From positions 848-64,847 of the forward strand of contig JAUWBN010000005.1 in NCBI GenBank assembly GCA_030601675.1: a DNA stretch of 64,000 bases, in the 5' to 3' direction. The position numbers were made by a program, and so were the translations under genes. Positions 1 to 8,700 of the stretch are shown here, one piece after another. The notes under the pieces were generated by a model, which saw only the letters and a program-made list of their open reading frames with translations, had not been told where the DNA came from and did no database searches. Source of the stretch: Hadesarchaea archaeon (lineage in GTDB: Archaea; Hadarchaeota; Hadarchaeia; Hadarchaeales; Hadarchaeaceae). The first letter of the stretch is position 1. Every line of letters starts with the position of its first letter.

Positions 1-954
1 AAATTGATCAGTTATACGGATGTGACCGTCCCAACGCCTCCTTATAAAAAGTCCACGAAATCCGGAATCGTTGAAGACGAGAAAGGAAAACGTCAGTTGG
101 TCAGGATAGAGGATGAGCACTACAACATTTTGAAGGTAGGGATGAAGGGGAGGATCGAGAAGAGGGTAACAGACTTTGGGGAATTCAACTTCTTCGTTCC
201 TGAGATAAAGGATAAAAAAGAGGTCAGCAAAGTCGCGTTAATCACCGGAGCTACCAGAGGCATAGGCAAAGCGATAGCCCTAGAGTTGGCTAGAAAAGGC
301 TTCAACATCGTGATCAATGACCTGGAGCTTCCGGATGAGGGAGCGGAAGCTATAAATGAAATCAAAAAAGGCGGTAGAGAGGCGATTTTCATCAAGGCTG
401 ATATCTCAAAATACGAAGAAGTCGAAAAAATGGTGAAGGATGCCGTGGAAAAGTTGGGCAGGATGGATGTTTTGGTAAATAACGCCGGCATAAATATCGA
501 CAGACTTCTCATCAACATGACCCCCGAACAATGGCAAAAGGTCATCGATGTAGACTTGACCGGGACTTATAACTGTACGAAGGCGGTGCTGCCTCACATG
601 ATGCAACAGGGCGGGGGAAGGATAGTGAATGTAAGCTCGATGAGCGCCCTCGATGGGGCAATGGGACAGGCGAACTATGCGGCGGCGAAGGGAGGTGTGG
701 TCTCATTTACAAAGACCGTGGCGATGGAGTATGCGCAGTACAACATACTCTGCAACGCCATAGCGCCGGGTTGCATCAAGACTAGGATGACCGATGCCAT
801 GCCCCCGGGCATGCTCCGAGAAAGGGTATCGCAAATTCCGCTGGGGAGGAGAGGAGAACCGGAGGAAGTCGCGAAGCTAGTTGCTTTCCTCGTAACCGAA
901 GGGAATTACATAACGGGACAATTGATAAACATAAGTGCTGGGGAATACATTTAG
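1..954 (+). CDS. OB-fold (DUF35-like) N-terminal region fused to a classical short-chain dehydrogenase/reductase (FabG-like 3-oxoacyl reductase); 5' end may lie outside the window
   Basis: ORF open to window edge. SDR motifs 'ITGATRGIGKAIA', 'NNAG', 'YAAAKGG'. The first ~70 aa are non-SDR. Confidence 0.8.
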   Translation, partial: KLISYTDVTVPTPPYKKSTKSGIVEDEKGKRQLVRIEDEHYNILKVGMKGRIEKRVTDFGEFNFFVPEIKDKKEVSKVALITGATRGIGKAIALELARKGFNIVINDLELPDEGAEAINEIKKGGREAIFIKADISKYEEVEKMVKDAVEKLGRMDVLVNNAGINIDRLLINMTPEQWQKVIDVDLTGTYNCTKAVLPHMMQQGGGRIVNVSSMSALDGAMGQANYAAAKGGVVSFTKTVAMEYAQYNILCNAIAPGCIKTRMTDAMPPGMLRERVSQIPLGRRGEPEEVAKLVAFLVTEGNYITGQLINISAGEYI

Positions 955-976
955 AAAAAAAGATTCGGGGTCGTGA

Positions 977-2530
977 ATGAAGGTAGTGACGGCCGAGGAA
1001 GCCGTTGGCCGGATAAAAGATGAGGACACGGTTGCAACCGGTGGTTTTACAACAACCAATCTCCCATTTGGACTCTTTCACGCCTTAAGGGACAGATTTC
1101 TCAAAACGGGCGAACCGAAAGATTTGACAATCGTTCAGCCCGCTGGCCAATCCGGGGGTAAAGAGGTGGGATTCGACCTTCTGGGCATCGAACACCTCAT
1201 TAAGAAATTAATATTCACTCACTCCGGAAAGGCGCCATTGACAAGCGAGCTGATATTGAAGAATAAAGTTATTGCTTATTGCTTTCCACAGGGTGTGATC
1301 TCGCAATTATTCAGGGATATCGCCGCAAAGAAACCGTGTTTGATAACGCATACGGGCTTGTACACGTTCGTGGATCCCCGAGTCGAAGGGGGCAAAGTGA
1401 ACGATATCACCAAGAAAGAAGAAGACATGGTAAAGCTGACCGAGATCGACGGTAAAGAATACTTGCGTTACAAAACTTTCCCGGTAGATTTCGCTTTAAT
1501 CCGTGGAACAACCGCGGACGAAAGGGGTAACATATCGATGGAAAAGGAGGGAGTAACCCTCGAAAACCTATCCATAGCTCAAGCGACGAAAAATAGCGGG
1601 GGGACCGTAGTCGTTCAAGTCGAAAAGGTTATCAAAGAATCATTGCCAAGTAGGAGAGTTGAAATTCCAGGTATCCTCGTCGATTACGTTGTAATAGCTT
1701 CAAAACCCGAGTACAGCTGGCAAACCATTCATGAATCTTATAATCCTGCAATCAGCGGAGAAACAACAATCCCTCCCTCCAAGGTTGAACCTAGGCCGCT
1801 TAACGAAAGAAAAGTCATTGGGCGGAGGGCGGCTATGGAGATAAAAGCGGGAGATATCATAAACCTCGGTATCGGGATGGCCACGGAGGTCGCTAACGTT
1901 GCACTGGAGGAAAATGTCTACGAAAAATTCACGTTAACGGTTGAATCGGGTGTGACGGGGGGTGTCCCCCTTTCAGGTTTGGATTTCGGGGTTGGGCTAA
2001 ACTACGAATCTCTCATCGATCAACCATATCAATTCGATTTCTATCAAGGAGGAGGGCTGGACTTGGGCTTTTTGGGTATGGCTCAAGTTGACGAAAAGGG
2101 AAATGTCAACGTGAGCAAATTTGGTGGGAGGTTCGCGGGTTGTGGTGGTTTTATCGATATCGCTCAGAACGCCAAAAAAGTCGTCTTTTGCGGGACCTTA
2201 ACCACGAAGGGCCTTCAGGTAAAAGTCGGAGGTGGGAAATTGAAAATTTTGCAAGAGGGATTGATCAAGAAATTTGTGAAAAACGTGGAGCATATCACGT
2301 TCAGCGGCGAGTACGCGAGGAAGCTCGGAAAGGAAGTTTTATATATCACCGAGAGGGCCGTCTTCAGGCTCGGCGAAAACGGCCTCGTGCTGGAGGAAAT
2401 CGCGCCTGGAGTCGATTTGGAAAGGGATGTCCTCAGTAAAATGGATTTTTCTCCAACCGTCTCGAGCGAGCTCAAAACCATGGCTGAAAAAATTTTCAAG
2501 AAACCAAAGATAGGGATTCAACCGAGGTAG
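977..2530 (+). CDS. Family I acyl-CoA:acetate/propionate CoA-transferase (YdiF/Pct-like)
   Basis: 517-aa ORF. N-terminus 'MKVVTAEEAVGRIKDEDTVATGGF' and overall size are typical of this family. Starts 22 nt after the SDR gene. Confidence 0.8.
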   Translation: MKVVTAEEAVGRIKDEDTVATGGFTTTNLPFGLFHALRDRFLKTGEPKDLTIVQPAGQSGGKEVGFDLLGIEHLIKKLIFTHSGKAPLTSELILKNKVIAYCFPQGVISQLFRDIAAKKPCLITHTGLYTFVDPRVEGGKVNDITKKEEDMVKLTEIDGKEYLRYKTFPVDFALIRGTTADERGNISMEKEGVTLENLSIAQATKNSGGTVVVQVEKVIKESLPSRRVEIPGILVDYVVIASKPEYSWQTIHESYNPAISGETTIPPSKVEPRPLNERKVIGRRAAMEIKAGDIINLGIGMATEVANVALEENVYEKFTLTVESGVTGGVPLSGLDFGVGLNYESLIDQPYQFDFYQGGGLDLGFLGMAQVDEKGNVNVSKFGGRFAGCGGFIDIAQNAKKVVFCGTLTTKGLQVKVGGGKLKILQEGLIKKFVKNVEHITFSGEYARKLGKEVLYITERAVFRLGENGLVLEEIAPGVDLERDVLSKMDFSPTVSSELKTMAEKIFKKPKIGIQPR

Positions 2531-2618
2531 TAAGAAAATCTGTTCGTTTGAGGAGTTTCTCACTTCATCAGCACCTCATTTCTATTTAACTTGGCTCAAA
2601 TATTGCAAGTGTGAGCAG

Positions 2619-3998
2619 ATGTCTGTTAAAAACGAGAGGCAATTGCTTGACAACACCAAAACCCCTGAACTTAGGCGAGCGAGGCAAATCCTCATCGAAC
2701 TTGTGAACACGGCGATCGAATCCGCCGATCCCTCTTCCAAAATGCGGAGTCAAGTGAAAATCGATGGGGAACGCCTGAAAATTGGAACTCACGAGTTCGA
2801 CCTTTCAGAGGTTCGAAGGATCATCGTGGTGGGGGGCGGGAAGGCGAGCGGGAACATGGCTGAGGTGCTCGAGGAGATATTTGGAGATAGGGTCACGGGC
2901 GGTGTGGTCAACGTCCCAGAAGGCACGGCATCGGGATATCGAACGCGAAAGATCAAGCTCGTCGAAGCCGGCCACCCCCTCCCGACCGAAGCGGGGGTAA
3001 AGGGCGCAGAAGAGATGATCGATCTCGCCAGCGGCCTCGAGCCTCGGGACCTCGTCGTATGTCTCTTGAGCGGGGGCGGCTCGGCTCTCATCACTCTGCC
3101 TGCGGGGGGGATTTCCCTCGATGAACTGCGAGAGACGACCCAATTGCTCCTCAAAAGCGGGGCGACGATCCAAGAGGTGAACGCCGTCAGGAAACACCTC
3201 TCCGAGATAAAGGGCGGCCAGCTTACCAAAGCAGCCCATCCCGCGAGGGTCGTCGCCCTGCTCGTCTCGGATGTGGTCGGCGATAGGTTGGACACCATCG
3301 CTAGCGGGCCGACCTATCCCGATCAGACGACCTTTGCGGATGCATTGGCAGTGATCGAAAAATATGAGCTCATGGAGAAGGTGCCGAGAAACGTTTTAGA
3401 ACGCCTGAAGTTGGGGACAGAAGGGGGAATACCCGAAACTCCAAAACCCGGGGAGAAATATTTCCTGAATGCGATCCACCAAATCATAGCGAGCAACGCT
3501 GATGCGGTCGGGGCTGCCGCTGCGGTCGGAAAATCACATGGCCTCAACGTGTCGATACTTACCAAGACCATGCAGGGTGAGGCGCGGGAGGTCGGTGCGC
3601 ATCTCGCCGCTATCGCGAGAGACGTGGTAAAAGCGGGCAAGCCCCTATCAAGACCCGCTCTCCTGATTTCCGGAGGGGAGACGACGGTGACGGTGAAAGG
3701 CGGGGGCATGGGCGGGCGCAATCAGGAGCTCGTGCTCAGTGCCGCAATCGGGATATCGGGCTTGGAAAACGCGACCGTAGCCTCCTTCAGCACGGATGGT
3801 ATAGACGGTCCTACCGACGCTGCCGGAGCTGTCGCGGATAGCTTCACCCTCGAAAGGGCGGGGGCCCTCAAACTCGATCCCGCGCTCCATCTCGAGCGAA
3901 ACGACTCTTACAACTTCTTCAAAGGGCTTGGGAACCTCTTGACAACGGGACCAACTAGGACAAATGTCATGGATATCGCATACTTGATTCTAATCTAA
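2619..3998 (+). CDS. gck: Glycerate 2-kinase (DUF4147/MOFRL family)
   Basis: 459 aa. 'VVGGGKASG', 'LISGGETTV', 'GGRNQE' and the C-terminal 'TGPTRTNVMD' are typical of the MOFRL glycerate kinase family. Confidence 0.85.
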   Translation: MSVKNERQLLDNTKTPELRRARQILIELVNTAIESADPSSKMRSQVKIDGERLKIGTHEFDLSEVRRIIVVGGGKASGNMAEVLEEIFGDRVTGGVVNVPEGTASGYRTRKIKLVEAGHPLPTEAGVKGAEEMIDLASGLEPRDLVVCLLSGGGSALITLPAGGISLDELRETTQLLLKSGATIQEVNAVRKHLSEIKGGQLTKAAHPARVVALLVSDVVGDRLDTIASGPTYPDQTTFADALAVIEKYELMEKVPRNVLERLKLGTEGGIPETPKPGEKYFLNAIHQIIASNADAVGAAAAVGKSHGLNVSILTKTMQGEAREVGAHLAAIARDVVKAGKPLSRPALLISGGETTVTVKGGGMGGRNQELVLSAAIGISGLENATVASFSTDGIDGPTDAAGAVADSFTLERAGALKLDPALHLERNDSYNFFKGLGNLLTTGPTRTNVMDIAYLILI

Positions 3999-4030
3999 CG
4001 GTCTGAGATGAAAAAGTTTCAAATCTGAAT

Positions 4031-4044
4031 CTAAATTTATAATC
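4031..4044 (+). promoter_or_regulatory. Candidate archaeal TATA box for the serpin gene
   Basis: 'CTAAATTTATAATC' lies about 30 nt upstream of the ATG at 4070, implying a short or absent leader. Confidence 0.3.
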
Positions 4045-4069
4045 AATGATAAGCCGAGTTTAGTATGGG

Positions 4070-5428
4070 ATGATGAGGAAAAGCCGGCCACAGTTAGAAA
4101 AAGGAATTAGCCCAGCGGTTGCGGTAGTGATTGTTATTTCTATTGTTGCAGCTGGCTTAGGAAGCTACTCTATACTCTCTGGTGGAAAAGAACCGGAACC
4201 TATAGCGGACTTGGGTCCAAAAACTAGCGATGTATTTGTGGAACCCTCCGTTTCCACTCTGGACACAAGTGGTGCTACCCCTAGCTCGGTTTCTGAGCTA
4301 GTGCAGGGAGCTAATGAATTTGCTTTTGATATATACTCGAAGCTAGCCGAAGAGGACAAGAACGTGTTTCTTTCCCCATACAGTATTCACACTTGTCTCT
4401 CCATGGTCTATGAGGGTGCCAGAGGAAACACGGCACAAGAAATGAGAAGAGTTCTAAACCTTACTGAAGAAAGCAGCATAAGAAGACCCGCCTTTGCGGA
4501 ATTCCAAAAACAGCTAAACACGAACAGAACAGTAGAACTAAAAACCGCAAATGCACTATGGCCTCAAGAAAATTACCCCTTCTACGAAGAATATCTTGAG
4601 ACCGTCAGAAAGTATTACCTTGCTAGGATAGAAGCGCTGGATTACGTGCATAATGCGAGCGGTGCTGTTGAGAGGATTAACGCATGGGCTGCAGAGCACA
4701 CGGAAAATAAGATAAAAAAGGTGTTAGATTACCTTAGTCCTCTAACGAGACTGGTTCTCACGAATGCGATATACTTCAAGGGAAATTGGTTAATACCCTT
4801 CGACGAGTCCAAGACAGAAAATGAGACATTCTACCTGCCCGATAGTTCTTCGATAGAAACACCAATGATGCAGTTCCACGAAAATAGACTGATAGAAAAT
4901 GGGTTCTACTACGCCGAAACCAGCAATATCAAAGCTCTGAAACTTCTTTATTCTGGAGAAAACGTGTCCATGATATTCTTACTTCCAAAGGATGAGTCAG
5001 GGAGTATCAGCTGGCTCCAAAACAACATCACTAACAGCAAATTTGAAGATATACAGGAAAAATTCGAAAAGAGAAAAATGAGCGAGATCAAAATCCCCAA
5101 GTTTGAATTCAAGACGGAGTATGAAAGTGAATTCAAGAGAGCATTACAAGACCTAGGCATGAACGCTGCTTTTGTTCCTGGAGAGGCTAACTTCTCAGGA
5201 ATGGATGGAACGAAAAATCTTTTCATATCAAAAACAGTGCACAAGGCTTATGTCAAGGTAGACGAGGAAGGGACTGAAGCGGCCGCTGTGACGGCAGTAG
5301 CCATGAAATTAACTGGGTTGCCTGGGCCAAAGCCGACCTTTGTTGCTGACCATCCATTTATGTTCATTATAAAAGATGAAAAAACGGGTGCCATTCTCTT
5401 TATAGGAAGCGTAAGCAATCCCAGTTAA
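4070..5428 (+). CDS. Serpin (serine protease inhibitor) with N-terminal membrane anchor
   Basis: TM segment 'AVAVVIVISIVAAGLG'. Serpin hinge 'EEGTEAAAVTAV'. C-terminal signature 'FVADHPFMFIIKD'. Confidence 0.9.
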   Translation: MMRKSRPQLEKGISPAVAVVIVISIVAAGLGSYSILSGGKEPEPIADLGPKTSDVFVEPSVSTLDTSGATPSSVSELVQGANEFAFDIYSKLAEEDKNVFLSPYSIHTCLSMVYEGARGNTAQEMRRVLNLTEESSIRRPAFAEFQKQLNTNRTVELKTANALWPQENYPFYEEYLETVRKYYLARIEALDYVHNASGAVERINAWAAEHTENKIKKVLDYLSPLTRLVLTNAIYFKGNWLIPFDESKTENETFYLPDSSSIETPMMQFHENRLIENGFYYAETSNIKALKLLYSGENVSMIFLLPKDESGSISWLQNNITNSKFEDIQEKFEKRKMSEIKIPKFEFKTEYESEFKRALQDLGMNAAFVPGEANFSGMDGTKNLFISKTVHKAYVKVDEEGTEAAAVTAVAMKLTGLPGPKPTFVADHPFMFIIKDEKTGAILFIGSVSNPS

Positions 5429-5471
5429 GTTAGTTGAGTAGTGAAAAAATCAAAGTATTATTGGAAACTAG

Positions 5472-5555
5472 CTTCTTCAAGGAGCTGGGGACCTCTTGGT
5501 AACCGGACCCACCGGGACGAATGTCATGGATGTAACATGCTTGATCCTGATTTAA
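5472..5555 (+). pseudogene. Displaced, frameshifted remnant of a glycerate kinase 3' end
   Basis: Reads FFKELG(-1 nt)LLVTGPTGTNVMDVTCLILI*, against the gck end FFKGLGNLLTTGPTRTNVMDIAYLILI* at 3914-3998. Confidence 0.75.
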
Positions 5556-5695
5556 CGCTCCAAGGCTGAAGTTGTTTAAAGCGGTGACGTGATGTCACAG
5601 CTGTGACAGTTAAACCATGTTTCTCCGTAAAGGGAAGCCCGCGGGCACATCAAAATAACTTTCAGCCTTCTTCCAGCTAAACACGTACCGAAAAC

Positions 5696-5865
5696 TTATT
5701 TCTTTAACTTCTCGGCGACCCACCCGACATCGAGTTCTTCTAACTTTGCCTTGGTGGGCACGCCGGTTTCGTCCCAGCCCATCATCTGATAGTACGTGGC
5801 GATCGCCTGCTTGAACTCGTCCTTCGAGAGCTTCGTGCCTTTTAACCCCGCCCCGCCTTCAAAGG
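5696..5865 (-). pseudogene. C-terminal remnant of an aldehyde:ferredoxin oxidoreductase (AOR family) gene
   Basis: '...YYQMMGWDETGVPTKAKLEELDVGW' matches the conserved extreme C-terminus of tungsten AORs. The upstream ~550 codons are absent. Confidence 0.6.
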
Positions 5866-6001
5866 GTTGAAAAAACAAGAGGTAATGTCTTTGACAGTTA
5901 TTAAGTTCGCACTTCTTCAAGAACCTCGTTCATCCTGCAGAACCGTTCGAAATCCTTGATTAAAATATCAGTGCATCCCAATAGGGGATAGGTAGGATAA
6001 C

Positions 6002-6049
6002 TTGAGCAAGAACAAATCGTTCGTCGGCGTGCGGGAGCTGGGGGCTTAG
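6002..6049 (+). pseudogene. Possible 3'-terminal remnant of ribosomal protein S17 (uS17)
   Basis: In-frame '[15 protein letters not shown]' ends 1 nt before rpl14 and resembles the universal S17 motif RPLSKTKSF/W. Stops at 5993 and 5957 truncate it. Confidence 0.4.
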
Positions 6050-6050
6050 T

Positions 6051-6476
6051 ATGGGGAAGAAAGGTATTGGTATTTCGATAGGTGTGGCCGCGGTGGCGCC
6101 GATACGGGCACTGCCGATCGGGGCGCGCCTCATCTGCGCCGACAACACCGGGGCCAAGGAGCTGCAGATCGTGAACGTCGCCGGTTACCATGGCAGGCGC
6201 AGGCGCATGGCCAAGGCCGGTGTGGGTGATCATATCATCGCATCGGTGAAGAGGGGCACGCCCGAGCTTCGAAAACAGATCGTCCGCGCGATCGTCATCC
6301 GGCAGCGCAAGGAGTACCGCCGCACCGACGGCATGCGCATAAAATTTGATGACAACGCGGCCGCCCTGATAACCCCCGAGGGGGCCCCCCGCGGCTCGGA
6401 GATAAAGGGTCCCATGGCCCGCGAGGCTGCCGAGCGGTGGCCGCGAGTCGCTGGGATAGCTTCCACCGTGGTGTGA
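6051..6476 (+). CDS. rpl14: 50S ribosomal protein L14 (uL14)
   Basis: '[14 protein letters not shown]', '[12 protein letters not shown]', 'FDDNAAALI', plus operon position. Confidence 0.95.
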   Translation: MGKKGIGISIGVAAVAPIRALPIGARLICADNTGAKELQIVNVAGYHGRRRRMAKAGVGDHIIASVKRGTPELRKQIVRAIVIRQRKEYRRTDGMRIKFDDNAAALITPEGAPRGSEIKGPMAREAAERWPRVAGIASTVV

Positions 6477-6479
6477 AAA

Positions 6480-6857
6480 ATGGTCAGCAAACTACCCAGA
6501 AAACAACACTTGGCACTCTATACCGCGCCCTTGCACCGGAGGCACCGATTCCTCTCCGCACCCCTCAGCCGCGAGCTTCGGGGAAAGTACAAAACGCGTT
6601 CCCTGCCGGTGCGGAAGGGGGACAGGGTGCGGATCATGCGCGGAGACTTCAAGAAGCTCGAGGGCGACGTGCTTGAGGTTGAGACCAAGCTCCGCCGCAT
6701 CCAAATTCAGGGGGCTACGACGACAAAGGCCGATGGAACTCAGGTCCCCATGCCGGTCGTGCCCTCGAACGTCGTGCTGATAAAGCTCGCCTCGGACAAG
6801 GAGCGCGACAAGGTGCTCGAGAGGAGGTCGAAGGGTGGCGAAAAAAGGGCAAAGTAG
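6480..6857 (+). CDS. rpl24: 50S ribosomal protein L24 (uL24)
   Basis: KOW motif 'VRKGDRVRIMRGDFKKLEG' and operon order. Confidence 0.92.
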   Translation: MVSKLPRKQHLALYTAPLHRRHRFLSAPLSRELRGKYKTRSLPVRKGDRVRIMRGDFKKLEGDVLEVETKLRRIQIQGATTTKADGTQVPMPVVPSNVVLIKLASDKERDKVLERRSKGGEKRAK

Positions 6858-7566
6858 GCACCTGAAACGCTACGCGGCGCCGCGGGCACTGAAGCTTCCG
6901 CGCAAGTCCTTCCCTTGGATGGTGAAGCCCTCACCCGGTCCCCATCCTCGCGAGGGCTCCCTACCGCTCCGGCTGCTCCTGAGGGATTACCTCTCGCTCG
7001 CCCGAAGTGCTCGGGAAGCAGATAGAATTCTCGCTGGAGGGCAAGTGCTTGTGGACGGCAGGGTGAGACGAAACCCAAAGTTCCCAGCTGGCCTGATGGA
7101 CGTGGTGCAGCTCCCGGCCTTGAACCGAAACTATCGCGTGCTTTTGGACCACCGGGGCCGCTTGACCCTTCGCGAGATAGACCAAGCCGAGACATCATCG
7201 AAGCTTTGCAAAATCCTGCGTAAGGACATCGTGCGGGGCAAGCGGGTTCAGCTCTCCTTTCATGACGGCAAGACGCTCGTCGGCGATTTCAATGAATTCA
7301 GGCTGGGTGATGGGGTAAAGCTTGGCCTGCCCGAGCTCAAGGTGCTCGAGCGATTTCCGTTCGAGAAGGGTGCCACGGCATTAATCACCGGTGGGAAAAA
7401 CGTGAGCAAGGTCGGCACCATAACCGATGTCAAGCTGGTCGAGGGCGCACAGCCAAACATCGTGACCCTCGAAGCCGGTGGCGAGACTTTCCAAGCTCCC
7501 GAACATTACGTATTCGTCGTCGGAAAAGAAAAGCCAGCCCTCTCGCTACAGAAGGCAACAGCATGA
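6835..7566 (+). CDS. rps4e: 30S ribosomal protein S4e (eS4)
   Basis: 'GQSRHLKRYAAP', 243 aa, operon order. Confidence 0.92.
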   Translation: MAKKGQSRHLKRYAAPRALKLPRKSFPWMVKPSPGPHPREGSLPLRLLLRDYLSLARSAREADRILAGGQVLVDGRVRRNPKFPAGLMDVVQLPALNRNYRVLLDHRGRLTLREIDQAETSSKLCKILRKDIVRGKRVQLSFHDGKTLVGDFNEFRLGDGVKLGLPELKVLERFPFEKGATALITGGKNVSKVGTITDVKLVEGAQPNIVTLEAGGETFQAPEHYVFVVGKEKPALSLQKATA

Positions 7567-8069
7567 ACCCGATGCGCGAGATCATGATTGAAAAAGTTAC
7601 CCTCAATATAGGAATCGGTGGGGGTGGCGACAAGCTCGCGAATGCCGAGCGGGTGCTGGGGAGCATCACGGGGCGAAAACCAACACGAACTCAGGCGAAA
7701 CAGACGATAAGGGAGTGGGGGATAAAGGGGGGCGAGCCCGTGGGCTGTAAGGTCACGCTGCGCGGCGAGGAGGCGGTAAAAACATTGAAGCGATTATTCG
7801 ACGCAGTCGAGCGCCGCCTCAACAAAGGTTGTTTCGACGACGGGGGCAACTTCGCTTTCGGCATCAAGGAACACATCGATATCCCTGGGCTCTCCTATGA
7901 TCCCGAAGTGGGCCTCTTCGGGTTGGACGTATGCACGACGCTCTGCCGGCCTGGGTATAGAATCAGGCGCAGGCGACGCCAACCCAAGGCGATACCGAAA
8001 AGCCACAGGGTTACCAAAGATGAAGCGATAAATTTCATCACCGAGAAATTTGGAGTTCAGGTGGTTTGA
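7563..8069 (+). CDS. rpl5: 50S ribosomal protein L5 (uL5)
   Basis: '[11 protein letters not shown]', '[13 protein letters not shown]', operon order. Confidence 0.93.
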   Translation: MNPMREIMIEKVTLNIGIGGGGDKLANAERVLGSITGRKPTRTQAKQTIREWGIKGGEPVGCKVTLRGEEAVKTLKRLFDAVERRLNKGCFDDGGNFAFGIKEHIDIPGLSYDPEVGLFGLDVCTTLCRPGYRIRRRRRQPKAIPKSHRVTKDEAINFITEKFGVQVV

Positions 8070-8215
8070 TGCCGAGGCGGAAGTTCGGAAAGGGAGCCCA
8101 CAAGTGCATCCGATGTGGCAGGTACGGTTACGTCTACCAGCGTTACGGGCTCCACCTGTGCCGGTGCTGCTTCCGCGAACTAGCGCCAAAAATGGGGTTC
8201 AAAAAATACGGGTGA
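8069..8215 (+). CDS. rps14: 30S ribosomal protein S14 (uS14), zinc-binding short type
   Basis: 48-aa ORF, not in the ORF track. Reads [48 protein letters not shown], with CxxC...CxxC. Its start overlaps the L5 stop (TGATG). Confidence 0.9.
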   Translation: MPRRKFGKGAHKCIRCGRYGYVYQRYGLHLCRCCFRELAPKMGFKKYG

Positions 8216-8219
8216 GCAG

Positions 8220-8609
8220 ATGCTGTTAGACCCCCTAGCCAACGCGCTATCAAAAATTGAAAACTACGAGCGCGCTCGAAAGCGTGAAACGGTGGTTGCC
8301 CCGACATCGAAGTTGATCGGCGAGGTATTGCGCATTATGCAGCAGGAAGGTTTCATAGGCGAGTACGAATTCATCGATGATGGCCGAGGGGGGAAGTTCA
8401 GGGTCGTGCTACAGGGTAAGATTAACGGGTGTGGGGTGATAAAGCCTCGATACGCCGTGAAGCGCGGCGGGTACGAGCCCTGGGAGAAGCGCTACCTACC
8501 CGCAGCCGGGTTCGGCTTGCTCGTGGTCTCCACCCAACGAGGGGTAATACCCCACCGACAGGCCGATGAGCAAGGTTTGGGCGGGCGGCTCATCGCTTAC
8601 ATTTACTAG
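8220..8609 (+). CDS. rps8: 30S ribosomal protein S8 (uS8)
   Basis: '[18 protein letters not shown]' and operon order. Confidence 0.93.
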   Translation: MLLDPLANALSKIENYERARKRETVVAPTSKLIGEVLRIMQQEGFIGEYEFIDDGRGGKFRVVLQGKINGCGVIKPRYAVKRGGYEPWEKRYLPAAGFGLLVVSTQRGVIPHRQADEQGLGGRLIAYIY

Positions 8610-8700
8610 CAAATGCGGTTGAAATGTTGTAACACTTTCGCCAAACTTTTAATGAAGAAAAGCTGAGGATAGAAGGAGTTCAACTCAAGGGGTACAAAGG

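Larger units (their letters stand above)
3914..5471 (+). other. AT-richer cassette (replacement gck 3' end plus serpin gene) lying between two copies of the gck terminus
   Basis: 3914-3998 and 5472-5555 align by eye at roughly four-fifths identity. The interior is AT-richer (27/60 G+C at line 4801). Confidence 0.5.

Noticed and set aside
5944-5954. T-loop-like GTTCGAAATCC suggesting a tRNA fragment upstream of rpl14
   Set aside because: The flanking sequence cannot form a T-stem or acceptor stem, so it is probably coincidental.
8610-8700. Possible C/D-box sRNA or other ncRNA in the 91-nt S8-L6 spacer (ATGAAGA ... CTGA)
   Set aside because: The box-like elements are only ~5 nt apart. There is no terminal stem or second box pair. 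An internal promoter or spacer is the more likely explanation.
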